Positions 8,265 through 17,634 of a stretch of DNA of 25,091 nt are shown one piece after another. Position 1 is the stretch's first letter; each line of letters opens with the position of its first letter. Made by a program: the position numbers and the translations under genes. The stretch is from Cyanobacteria bacterium J06626_4 (GTDB lineage: Bacteria > Cyanobacteriota > Cyanobacteriia > Phormidesmidales > Phormidesmidaceae). The stretch is taken from NCBI GenBank assembly GCA_038523235.1, contig JBCBJQ010000089.1, forward strand, positions 1 to 25,091. The letters are read 5' to 3'. Under the pieces are notes generated by a model. It saw only the letters and a list, made by a program, of their open reading frames with translations, was not told where the DNA came from and made no database searches.

Positions 8265-9824
8265 ATGAGTCATTCTATGGAAATCGCGATCCAACAGCAT
8301 CCCTTGATCACCGCTCCACCCCCGCAACTCGATGTGGTCGCGATGACCAAGCGGTTTGGCGGCTTTATTGCGCTTGACCAGGTGTCGATGACGTTGCGAC
8401 CGGGGACGCTGCACGCGCTGCTGGGTGAAAACGGGGCGGGCAAAAGCACCCTGGTGAAGTGCGTCATGGGTTTTTATCACCCCACGGCGGGGCAAATTGT
8501 TATCGACGGTCAGCCCCAGACGATTAATAGTCCCAAAGATGCCCACGCCTGCGGCATTGGCATGGTGTATCAGCATTTCACCTCGGTGCCCGCCATGACC
8601 GTGGCCGAAAATTTGGTACTCTCGCGCTATGACAGCAAAACCCTGATCAACTGGAAGCAAGAGCTGAATGAGTTGCGCACCTTTATGGCTAATGCGCCCT
8701 TCCACGTAGAGCTGGAAACGCCTGTGGGTCAGCTTGCGGCGGGACAAAAGCAAAAGCTCGAAATTCTCAAACAGATCTACCTCAAAAGCCGTCTGCTGAT
8801 TTTGGATGAGCCCACCTCGGTGCTGACGCCTGATGAGGCCGATGAGGTGCTGGGGCTGCTCAAGGCCGAGGTGTCGCAGGGGCATCTCAGCGTCCTATTA
8901 ATTACCCACAAGTTTCGCGAAGTGCAAGCGTTTGCCGATGAGGTGACGATTTTGCGGCGGGGGCAACTGGCGGGGCGGGGGCACGTCAAAGATCTGTCTA
9001 TCGAAGCGATGGCCGAGATGATGCTGGGGCAAGAGCGACAGCAAAAATCGGTGGTGAAGACCAGCGCCGATACCCAAACGCCGGTACTCGAAGTCATTGA
9101 CCTGCATGCGAATAAGGACAACTGGCTACCCGCTGTCAAGGGAGTAAACTTGCGGGTGCACACGGGGGAAATTGTCGGCATCGCCGGGGTATCAGGCAAC
9201 GGCCAGCGCGAATTTGTGGAATGTTTGTCGGGACAGCGGCTGCCGGTCAGTGGCGAACGGCGGGTCAACGGCGAGCCCTACACTGCCACTCGGGCCGAAA
9301 TGGCCAAGCACAGCGTCTATGCCCTGCCGGAAGAACCGCTCAAAAACGCCTGCGTACCGACGATGAGTGTGGCTGAAAACATGGCCCTGCGCACCTTCGA
9401 TCGCCCGCCCCAGGCCAAATGGAATCTACTGCTTATTCTCAAGGCGATTCGCCATGCCGCTATCGGCTTAGTGAAAACTTTTTCGGTGAAGACACCCTCA
9501 GTCGAAACGCCGATCAGTCACCTCTCAGGGGGCAACGTGCAGCGCACCGTCCTCGCTCGGGAGCTATCGGCCCATGAGGTGCGGCTGCTGATCGCCGCTA
9601 ACCCCAGCTTTGGCCTCGATTTTGCGGCAGTCGATTTCATTCATGACATGATTGTGGCCGCCCGCAATCGCGGCGTCGCCGTGCTACTCGTCAGCGAAGA
9701 CTTGGATGAACTGCTAACCCTAGCCGATCGCATCATTGTCATGAGTGATGGTGAGTTTGTCTATGAAAGCGAGATCGCCGATGTTGATCTCAAAACCATT
9801 GGTCAACGCATGGCCGGACACTAA
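8265..9824 (+). CDS. ABC transporter ATP-binding protein, two NBDs (CUT2/BMP-associated type)
   Basis: Walker A GENGAGKST, LILDEPT, second degenerate NBD GVSGNGQ with LSGGNVQR and LLVSEDLDEL; start ATG 8265 or 8277. Confidence 0.9.
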   Translation: MSHSMEIAIQQHPLITAPPPQLDVVAMTKRFGGFIALDQVSMTLRPGTLHALLGENGAGKSTLVKCVMGFYHPTAGQIVIDGQPQTINSPKDAHACGIGMVYQHFTSVPAMTVAENLVLSRYDSKTLINWKQELNELRTFMANAPFHVELETPVGQLAAGQKQKLEILKQIYLKSRLLILDEPTSVLTPDEADEVLGLLKAEVSQGHLSVLLITHKFREVQAFADEVTILRRGQLAGRGHVKDLSIEAMAEMMLGQERQQKSVVKTSADTQTPVLEVIDLHANKDNWLPAVKGVNLRVHTGEIVGIAGVSGNGQREFVECLSGQRLPVSGERRVNGEPYTATRAEMAKHSVYALPEEPLKNACVPTMSVAENMALRTFDRPPQAKWNLLLILKAIRHAAIGLVKTFSVKTPSVETPISHLSGGNVQRTVLARELSAHEVRLLIAANPSFGLDFAAVDFIHDMIVAARNRGVAVLLVSEDLDELLTLADRIIVMSDGEFVYESEIADVDLKTIGQRMAGH

Positions 9825-9892
9825 GTACCGATGACAGCCCGATCTCATACTATTTTGGTAGGATGTCTAGCTATCAGGCAGGGAAAGGGACA

Positions 9893-10336
9893 ATGTCACC
9901 GGAAGCAAATACTTCATCGCCAGATGGTGCTAACTATGAGCACACTGTTTTGAGAACGCAGATTCAACAGAGTTTGCAGAAAGTGGAAGCTCAAAAGAAA
10001 CGTCTTAAATCAACTGATCGCCGCTACACCATCATGAGTATTGTGCTCGGTGTGATCTCGACTTTTGTCGCTGGCGAGGCAGCCGTGACGGGTGAGCCGC
10101 TGTTTGGGAACTGGCGATTGACAACCATGATTGCGTCTGTTTCCACCCTAAGTGCCACGGCTATCACGGGCATTCAGAAGCAAATTGCTTCGCCTGAGCA
10201 GCTTCTAGAAACCAGCGAATGTGCGGCAAAACTGAAAGCTCTCAAGGTCGAAACTATTGCGGCCGATTACGAACTCGATCTCGTCACCGACACTTATCAG
10301 GGCATTATTTCTGAATTTCCCAGTGTGGATTGTTAA
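9893..10336 (+). CDS. Two-TM hypothetical protein, SLATT-like
   Basis: Basic helix, two small-residue-rich hydrophobic segments, helical C-tail; AGGGA precedes ATG 9893 (alternative ATG 9863). Confidence 0.6.
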   Translation: MSPEANTSSPDGANYEHTVLRTQIQQSLQKVEAQKKRLKSTDRRYTIMSIVLGVISTFVAGEAAVTGEPLFGNWRLTTMIASVSTLSATAITGIQKQIASPEQLLETSECAAKLKALKVETIAADYELDLVTDTYQGIISEFPSVDC

Positions 10337-10441
10337 AGCCGTTCATCATTGGATGGGTCGGGCAGGCAGCACCTGGGTTGAGGTCCGTCGTTGATAAATG
10401 ACTGCAAAAAGGGAAATATCTAGCCTTCAAGCTGTTGACCA

Positions 10442-10927
10442 TTAGTGGGTTGCGCTAGCGTGGGCGACGTTGTCGGGGCAGTTATATAAAGAGTAAAAAT
10501 CCCCGCTCAAACCAATGCCGTCTATTTGATTCGGAAACACCGCAACCAGCTCTAATTCTGCCTCAAATGTCATCGTAATGGCCGTATCGTCGTATTCGTA
10601 TTGAATAGTGTAAGTCAGCTTTCCATCTGCCACTGCAAACGTGTCCTCGACTGAGCCCGCATCATCCCAAGTTCCCGCCTGGTACTCGTAGGTGATGAAG
10701 CGGCTGTCGGCCCCAAAGGCGATTCGTTCCATATCGCAGGCGGCCGCGTTGCCCCAAGCCCACTCATCTCCTGCAACCAAAATCTCCACAATTTCTGCAT
10801 CTGCTGGTAGCGCGATCGCCCTCTCTGGAGTTTGCGCCTGGGCGATCGTTATTTTGCCCCCATGCCAAGCACCGCTAAGAAATGCCAACGTGATCCACGA
10901 CGCTGAATAGAAGATCTGAGGGGACAT
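10442..10927 (-). CDS. Hypothetical, probably secreted acidic protein
   Basis: Hydrophobic N-terminus followed by AQAQ, acidic beta-rich body with two Cys. Confidence 0.6.
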   Translation of the reverse strand: MSPQIFYSASWITLAFLSGAWHGGKITIAQAQTPERAIALPADAEIVEILVAGDEWAWGNAAACDMERIAFGADSRFITYEYQAGTWDDAGSVEDTFAVADGKLTYTIQYEYDDTAITMTFEAELELVAVFPNQIDGIGLSGDFYSLYNCPDNVAHASATH

Positions 10928-11059
10928 ACAAGTGCTGGTGAAGTTGAAGCTAGTTTGTGGTCAGAAACGGACTAAGTGAACGGCGATGAATCCAAGCTTT
11001 GCAGGCTGACAACGTTCGAGAGAATAAGGGCCTTGCCCAAGCAGCCACTGGCAATGGGT

Positions 11060-11557
11060 CTAAACAGCAAGTTCTTCAAACCGGTAGATCACCACCCCTG
11101 TTTGAGGATGATTGTCGACAGCCACGTATCCGGATTTGGTCATATCGCGTAGCAACCCTTCGACTTCATCGAAACCGAGGCCCGTTTCTAACACGGCTTG
11201 GGTGACTGATAGCTGCCCCTGGTGCTGCTTGGCAACTTTGAGCAGCTTCACCATTTTGGCTTCACGAGTCGGCTGCTGCACGGTTTGTGCCGTCGTGATG
11301 GGCTGGTTGAGCACATCATACAGATTGTTACCGTATTGAGACTTGAGACGCCGGAGCTGGTGGTCTTCTGTCATTCCCGGGACTAAAAACACATCGATAA
11401 ACTGGCCAAAGCCAAACAAGCCCAACGTAAAAAACCAGATCAGACCACTGACAATTTTGCCGTTGTAGAGGCGGTGCAAGCCTGAGACGCCAAAGAAACC
11501 GCCAAGCCAAAGCAAATAAGACAACGTGAGCCGTTCACTGCTTGTAGACGAAGCCAT
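11060..11557 (-). CDS. TM2 (NINE) domain protein with C-terminal winged-helix-like domain
   Basis: YLLWLGGFFGVSGLHRLYNGK...GQFIDVFLVP TM2 motif; LSVTQAVLETG...GVVIYRF tail. Confidence 0.85.
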   Translation of the reverse strand: MASSTSSERLTLSYLLWLGGFFGVSGLHRLYNGKIVSGLIWFFTLGLFGFGQFIDVFLVPGMTEDHQLRRLKSQYGNNLYDVLNQPITTAQTVQQPTREAKMVKLLKVAKQHQGQLSVTQAVLETGLGFDEVEGLLRDMTKSGYVAVDNHPQTGVVIYRFEELAV

Positions 11558-11900
11558 ATCGATGTTTCCTCTCGGTAAGCTGACTGGCTGATCATAATTA
11601 ATGGCTTGAGGGTAAGACGTCGTACTATCCGCCTGCCGAGGGTAGGGATCTTGCTCTACTCAACGCTAGAGCTGTCATCATTTAGCGGCTGAGTCCTGAT
11701 GCTGAAAGCGGTTTAACCTCTAGCTAGGTTTACGGAGCGGGCTACTGTTGCCAAGGACTGTCGGGTGAATTGGGGCAGGGAACATCAGAGCCCAGGCAAA
11801 TCGGTTGAGACTGCTGAGGTGCGTAGCAAGAGACTCAGACCTGATCACCAAGATTTTGTACAGATTGCGCGAAAGTCAATTGCGATCGCTCACAAAAATC

Positions 11901-11918
11901 GTTACATTAGTTAACATT
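11901..11918 (+). promoter_or_regulatory. Putative HLR1 (RpaB-binding) direct repeat
   Basis: GTTACATT-AG-TTAACATT vs consensus (G/T)TTACA(T/A)(T/A)-NN-(G/T)TTACA(T/A)(T/A), one mismatch; about 80 bp upstream of the pentapeptide gene. Confidence 0.5.
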
Positions 11919-11996
11919 GCAAGTCTTTCAATCGGTCCTCAGGTCACTGCCTGCTTGCGTGACTGATCGGGCCGCTTTTATAAAATCCCCAAATTT

Positions 11997-12542
11997 ATGC
12001 AAATTGTTCAGCTTTTAACCAGTTACGCCGCCGGTCGGCGAGATTTTGGCGGCGTCGATTTTCGAGAAGCTTGGATGCCTGGGCTGAAGCTGAATCATGC
12101 GGCTCTGCAGGGAGCTGATTTGACAGGCAGCAACTTGAGCCACAGTCTGCTGCAGGCGGTTGATTTTTCTCGGGCGATGCTGTGGCGGGCCAACCTCATC
12201 CACGCTCAACTGCACCAAGCCCGGTTCGAGCGCGCGACCCTGATTCGCTGTCAACTGCAGAACAGCGATATTCGCGACGGGCATTTTGTCGAGGCTGATC
12301 TCCGGTTGGTTGAGCTGCGTCAGGCCAATCTGAGCGGTGCCAACTTTCAAAACGCGCAACTGTGTTACGCCAACTTAGTGGGTGCCAACCTGACAGGCAT
12401 TGACTTTAGAACCGTCGATTTGACCGGAGCTGATTTGGCCGGAGCCGACTTGACCGATTGCCGTTTTACCCGCAGCCAACGCGTGATGCTCAAGCTGGCG
12501 GAGTCAGTCACGGCTGAACCCGGACCGGCAGTGACCGTTTGA
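11997..12542 (+). CDS. Pentapeptide repeat protein
   Basis: LLTSYAAGRRDF N-cap followed by A(D/N)Lxx repeats. Confidence 0.9.
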   Translation: MQIVQLLTSYAAGRRDFGGVDFREAWMPGLKLNHAALQGADLTGSNLSHSLLQAVDFSRAMLWRANLIHAQLHQARFERATLIRCQLQNSDIRDGHFVEADLRLVELRQANLSGANFQNAQLCYANLVGANLTGIDFRTVDLTGADLAGADLTDCRFTRSQRVMLKLAESVTAEPGPAVTV

Positions 12543-12585
12543 GTCGCGCGATCGCGGGGGCGAGGAGCTCGTCTTGGTCATTCGT

Positions 12586-12885
12586 TCAAATCAACAGATC
12601 ACTACGCCAGAGCTGAGCCCGACAGACAAAGGCACTGAACTGTGAAATAAGTTTCTTTTGGTCTTGAGACGGGGGTTTTTCAAACAGCTCAAACTTTGCG
12701 ATCGCGCTGGCAATTTTACGCGCTTCATCCTTGGGCACGCCCTCTCTGACAAGCTTTTGCCAATAGGTAATACCCCGATCTCTAAAGTCATTGGCGATAT
12801 TCATACGGGCCGCTAAATGCTGGGGCAGCTCAGTCGCGATCGGGGGCGTATCGAAAGAGGGGGGCATCGCCGTCATTGAAGTCAT
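12586..12885 (-). CDS. Hypothetical protein (99 aa)
   Basis: ATG-started ORF with plausible helical composition filling the intergenic gap. Confidence 0.6.
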   Translation of the reverse strand: MTSMTAMPPSFDTPPIATELPQHLAARMNIANDFRDRGITYWQKLVREGVPKDEARKIASAIAKFELFEKPPSQDQKKLISQFSAFVCRAQLWRSDLLI

Positions 12886-13106
12886 GATCTTTCACCAGGA
12901 ACTCGTACAAACTTGACAGTTTTAAGTATCGATGAAGATTGACGGCAACTCAGTGATTCCACGGGCGACACTCGCGTGACACTTGCTCTGTCGTCTGGTG
13001 ATTAACCGAAACCTCTGTGGTGACTGCAACCCTAAGGATTTTGTGAGACGATCCCAGTAGTGGTGTGATCTATGTCATCCCAACTTTAGAAATAGCTGGA
13101 ATCCGC

Positions 13107-13595
13107 TTATTTAGGATGCAGCGGCACCACCCGATGCCGAAAACGGTCGAGAGGCACCACCTTCGGGCGTCGAGTCTTCTTCCACAGGTCGTTAGCAACG
13201 TTATTGAAGGGGGGCAGGGCCATCAGCTGTAGCTGGCCAACGTGACGGTTGGCTTTGTCTGCCACCTGCACAACCTGCGGGCCGACATCAGGCCGGGTCT
13301 GCACCCAAGTCACTTCACCCTCGGCGACGATCAGGTGTTTGTTATGGAGGGTGCGATCGCCCTCGGTGCCTTCTAAAAACGCCAAGATTTTACGAATCAT
13401 CTGCAGCGACGTCTGCCGCCGGAGGTGGCGAATTGCCCTCAGTTCCAAAATCTGTTCCCACGAGTAACTCGCCGGTTGGGTGACATCGTTTTCGTCAATC
13501 TCAGGAACGACGACGCCAATGCGGGCCAAATAGGCCAACCGACTCGGACTCGTGTGGGTCAAAATCACGGTCTCGCGGCGCGTAAACTGCTGCAT
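13107..13595 (-). CDS. MerR-like HTH transcriptional regulator
   Basis: FTRRETVILT...RLAYLARIGVVVP...YSWEQILELRAIRHLR...SLQMIRKIL MerR HTH pattern; GAGG upstream on the minus strand. Confidence 0.7.
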   Translation of the reverse strand: MQQFTRRETVILTHTSPSRLAYLARIGVVVPEIDENDVTQPASYSWEQILELRAIRHLRRQTSLQMIRKILAFLEGTEGDRTLHNKHLIVAEGEVTWVQTRPDVGPQVVQVADKANRHVGQLQLMALPPFNNVANDLWKKTRRPKVVPLDRFRHRVVPLHPK

Positions 13596-14195
13596 GCGTG
13601 AACCTCACCTCAATGAAATGGCTGGGAGGAAAATCACAGGAATAATCGAAGAACACGTGATTACTGTAAGGCAGATGATTGAGAAACTCATAGATACAAA
13701 TGCTCTAAAAACGCCAGATGTGGAGCTGTCGAGTCGCTCAAGCGCTATATGCGGTAAGGACTATCCCCAATTGCTAAGAAATATGGCAGTTATGCGTAAT
13801 GTTATGACGTGGAAAAAAGTGGCTCTGCAAAGTTTTTTGTGTCACCGCCAACTTGAGAGGAATGGCATCTTCCTCATCATACTGGATGGCCTGTCTGGAT
13901 TCGGCGGGCAGGCTGCCGAAAGATGCGGTCGCTTAAACCACGTTCATCTAGAGAGCTGGAGTTTTTGACACGTTTGTCGTAATGGCTGAAGCCTACGCTG
14001 ACAGAGACTTTCATTAATTGGTTAGTGCTCGATCAAGACTACGATTGCCGATGTTGGCGTGGTTTAACTCGATTCGCAGAGCTAACGTTGCGGCCATTAT
14101 CCCCAGTTCTGGAACCGGAACGTTGGCCAAAAACAGAGTGTGACAAGATGAAGGATGCGCTTGGAAAATGTGGTGAGGAGCAATAGAGGAAACGG

Positions 14196-15419
14196 ATGCG
14201 GGTGATTGTGATTGGGGGCGGTGCTGCCGGTTTTTTTGGGGCGATCGCCTGTGCCGAAGCCGCTCCTCAAGCCCACGTGACGCTTTTAGAGGCCGCGCCC
14301 GAGCCCTTAGGTAAAGTGCGGATTTCGGGTGGGGGTCGCTGCAATGTTACTCACCACTGTTTTGATCCGGCACTACTCGTCCAAAACTATCCGCGCGGGG
14401 GCAAGGCGCTACGGGGCGCGTTTACCCGATTTCAGCCCCGCGATACGGTGGCCTGGTATCAGCGCCGAGGCGTGCGGCTCAAAACCGAGCCGGATGGCCG
14501 CATGTTTCCCACGACAGATGACTCGGCCACCATTGTGGATTGCCTGATGGCCGAGACGCGACGAGTCGGTGTGACCGTGCGCCCGAAGTCGGCAGTGACC
14601 GGTGTGGAACGGACGGCGTCAGAATTTGTTGTTACTTTGCGATCGCGGGAGCAGCTCCGGTGCGATCGCCTGCTGCTGGCGTCGGGCAGCAGTCCCCAAG
14701 GCCACCGCATTGCCACCGCATTGGGTCATAGCATTGTGCCGCCAGTCCCCTCGCTGTTTACCTTCAACATTCCTGACCGAGCGCTGCGGCAGTTGGCCGG
14801 GGTGGCGGTTGATCCGGTAGATGCCAAGCTGGTGGTGTCGGGGGCGAAACCGTTGCCCCAAACTGGGCCGCTGCTGATTACCCACTGGGGGCTGAGTGGG
14901 CCAGCCGTGCTGAAGCTCTCCGCTTGGGGCGCTCGCCTGCTACATGAGGCCCGCTATCGGGGTGAGCTGAAGGTGAATTGGCTGCCAGCGATGACGCTAG
15001 AGCAGGTGCGAGCCGCGCTGCTGGGGGCGAAGGCGGCAGTGCCCAAACGGGCGATCGCCAATCACTGCCCGCTAGAGGTACCCAAACGACTCTGGCGCTA
15101 TTGGGTCGCCCAAGCAGGGTTAGATGAGGCGGTAACCTGGGCGAACCTGCCCAAAAAAGCGCTCAATCAATTGGTCGAGGCCATCTGTCGCGGCACCTTT
15201 GCCATTGAGGGGAAAGGGGTCTTTAAGGATGAGTTTGTCACCTGTGGCGGGATCAAATTGGCCGAAGTTGATTTTAAGACCCTGGCTAGTCGTCGCTGTC
15301 CGGGTCTCTTTTTAGCCGGTGAAGTGCTGGATATTGACGGCGTCACGGGGGGCTTCAATTTTCAGAGCGCGTGGACGACTGGGTGGTTGGCGGGGCAGGC
15401 GATCGCGCAGGCCTCCTAA
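14196..15419 (+). CDS. BaiN/RdsA (HI0933) family NAD(P)/FAD-dependent oxidoreductase
   Basis: IGGGAAG, GKVRISGGGRCNVT, ITHWGLSGP, VTCGGI, GEVLDIDGVTGGFNFQSAWTTG; GAGGA RBS. Confidence 0.92.
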   Translation: MRVIVIGGGAAGFFGAIACAEAAPQAHVTLLEAAPEPLGKVRISGGGRCNVTHHCFDPALLVQNYPRGGKALRGAFTRFQPRDTVAWYQRRGVRLKTEPDGRMFPTTDDSATIVDCLMAETRRVGVTVRPKSAVTGVERTASEFVVTLRSREQLRCDRLLLASGSSPQGHRIATALGHSIVPPVPSLFTFNIPDRALRQLAGVAVDPVDAKLVVSGAKPLPQTGPLLITHWGLSGPAVLKLSAWGARLLHEARYRGELKVNWLPAMTLEQVRAALLGAKAAVPKRAIANHCPLEVPKRLWRYWVAQAGLDEAVTWANLPKKALNQLVEAICRGTFAIEGKGVFKDEFVTCGGIKLAEVDFKTLASRRCPGLFLAGEVLDIDGVTGGFNFQSAWTTGWLAGQAIAQAS

Positions 15420-15558
15420 CGATATTTATGGCCATCACAACATCTGTTGACTAAACATAAACAATTCACCATAAACGGAAATTACGATCGCATTCCCGTT
15501 TACAAAAGAGATTGGCGCTCACTATCGCAGCCGCAACTACAGCAATCTGGGTGAACCG

Positions 15559-16143
15559 ATGGCGAAAAAAGACCCCTACACCGAGTTTCTCAAAGAAGAT
15601 TTCAAGGACTTGTTTGGTCAGCTTGATCTCACCGATGTCCAACGAAAATTTTTGAATTCACGCTGGCTCGATCAAGTGTTGTGGATGGAAAAGAAAGCGA
15701 ACGTGTCGCGCGATCGCCACTATCGTTTACGGCTCTCGGCCATCATCTTGGGCGTTCTTGTCCCCATTTTGATTGGCATCAACGTTGATCCTGAGCGCAA
15801 AATCCTCTGGCAGACGAAGCAATCCATCACTATCGGCCTCAGCGCAGTGGTTGCGGTTAGTGCTGCGGTTGAAGAGTTCTTTCACTATGGTGAACGCTGG
15901 TATCACTATCGCCGCACAGTGGAATCGCTCAAAACCTATGGCTGGCAATTTTCGCAGCTGAGTGGCCCTTATGTGAAATATCCGTCTCACCGCGAGGCTT
16001 TTATGTCCTTCGCGAATCAGGTGGAAGAGATCATTCAACAAGATGTTGAGGTGTATGTGACCCAGGTGGCCAAAACTGACGACGACTCAGATCAGACCCC
16101 ACCGCCCACCTTACCTGCCGTTCATCCCACTGACGACGACTAG
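15559..16143 (+). CDS. DUF4231 (SLATT-type) two-TM protein
   Basis: RWLDQVLWMEKKA...YRLRLSAIILGVLVPIL...W..YRRTVESLK motif typical of DUF4231. Confidence 0.8.
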   Translation: MAKKDPYTEFLKEDFKDLFGQLDLTDVQRKFLNSRWLDQVLWMEKKANVSRDRHYRLRLSAIILGVLVPILIGINVDPERKILWQTKQSITIGLSAVVAVSAAVEEFFHYGERWYHYRRTVESLKTYGWQFSQLSGPYVKYPSHREAFMSFANQVEEIIQQDVEVYVTQVAKTDDDSDQTPPPTLPAVHPTDDD

Positions 16144-16575
16144 GCATTGTGCGGTTGGCGATTTCAGGAAGGCACTACAGCTCGCAATGCGTTAATCGGA
16201 GTTTGGGAGCAGCTTTGTAGTTCAAACTCACTCTATTGCTGGCAGCGTTAATGGTCTCTTGCTAACCGTATTTGCAGACCAGTAAGCCTCATACATTACT
16301 GTTGGGGTCGGTAGCGCCAAAACAACCGAGCACAGCACAACAACTAGACGATGCTCAGAGACTGCTGCTCAAGCGATGCCTAACCCATATCGGCGTTGGT
16401 TTAATCTGTAAGGAGTTCAAGCCGATATGTCTGTCAACCTGAAGTCTCCAATCTTACCTCTAGTCATTTTGTTAAAAACAACCGGCTTAAAAATTCCGTA
16501 CAACGGCGGCTATTAAGCGCCTATTAATGGTGTGGCTTTGAGTGCGCACATTCTGCCCTTTAGTCGAACAAACTC

Positions 16576-17241
16576 ATGACTGTCCTTAATTTAGTCAAAC
16601 TGCCCATCACGACTATCGATGTGTCCCCTGGTAGCCACCTGCTGATTAACGATGTCACTTGGGAACAGTACGAAACCCTGCTCACCGATTTGGGGGAAGA
16701 ACGACGCGTTCCCCGCCTCAACTACTGCCATGGCACCCTCGAAATCATGTCACCCCTGCCCGCCCACGAACGCCCCCATCGCATCATTGCGGATATCGTC
16801 AAAGCTATTCTGGATGCTCAGGAGCGAGATTGGGGAGATTTTGGCTCAACGACCTTCAAGAAACTAAAACGGGCAGGGCTAGAGCCAGACACCTGTTTTT
16901 ATATCCAGAATGCGGAGCCGGTGCGAGCGTTAATGCGGATGGATATGGACAAAGATCCGCCGCCTGATCTTGCCATTGAAGCTGATGTCACCTCCAAAAC
17001 CACCCTCGACGCTTACGCCACCCTGCAAGTCCCCGAAGTCTGGATTTACGACAACAGCAGACTGACCATTTATCTGCTGCAGGATCATCACTATCAGCCG
17101 GTTACCAATAGTCTCGTATTTCCTGACCTGCCCATTACAGACTGGGTTCCTCGACTGGTAAAGCAGGCGTTTGCAACAGGCACCAGCACCATGCTGCGGA
17201 ATTGGCGGCAGCAGCTCCGACAGCGCCAAACAAAAGATTGA
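16576..17241 (+). CDS. Uma2 family (DUF820) endonuclease-like protein
   Basis: VTWEQYE, GTLEIMSP, LEPDTCFY, PPPDLAIEAD, YATLQVPEVW. Confidence 0.92.
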   Translation: MTVLNLVKLPITTIDVSPGSHLLINDVTWEQYETLLTDLGEERRVPRLNYCHGTLEIMSPLPAHERPHRIIADIVKAILDAQERDWGDFGSTTFKKLKRAGLEPDTCFYIQNAEPVRALMRMDMDKDPPPDLAIEADVTSKTTLDAYATLQVPEVWIYDNSRLTIYLLQDHHYQPVTNSLVFPDLPITDWVPRLVKQAFATGTSTMLRNWRQQLRQRQTKD

Positions 17242-17433
17242 GAACCGATTACTGAGCAAGTCCGATTCAATAGCTGGCAGGTTTAACCCCAGATTTGCCG
17301 ATAATGAGCAGGGCTTTAGTGACCTTCCCTAGATCGGGTGTATGAGGTAGTGCTGCCTACGAATGAATAAGCGTGACGATGCCGCTGCCGCTGAACAGCA
17401 AGTTGGCTTGAGAGGGCAGCTGAATACTGGGAA

Positions 17434-17504
17434 AGCGGGTGGGGGGAATCGAACCCCCATCATTAGCTTGGAAGGCTAGGGTTTTACCACTAAACTACAC
17501 CCGC
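17434..17504 (-). tRNA. tRNA-Gly (anticodon TCC)
   Basis: Revcomp GCGGGTGTAGTTTAGTGGTAAAACCCTAGCCTTCCAAGCTAATGATGGGGGTTCGATTCCCCCCACCCGCT folds as a cloverleaf; anticodon loop CTTCCAA; no encoded CCA. Confidence 0.96.
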
Positions 17505-17634
17505 ATTTGGACTAACAGATTAGCATATTCACCGCGATCGCCCAGCAACCGGATGGCCAACAGCGGTGTTCCCAAGGGGAAAATCTGGCAGACTTGAAGA
17601 CTCACGCCGCTGCCGTTTCAGAACTCACGAGTGT

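Noticed and set aside
8199..8885. 228-aa minus-strand ORF, and similar long antisense ORFs (e.g. 19710-20255, 5033-5488, 20967-21353)
   Set aside because: Shadow frames of well-supported genes in GC-rich DNA
13064..13079. TGTGA-N6-TCATC, a CRP-like site
   Set aside because: Second half-site matches only 3/5 and no promoter context can be established
13552..13968. 138-aa plus-strand ORF
   Set aside because: Overlaps the MerR-like gene start head-to-head, no recognisable domain; probably promoter DNA
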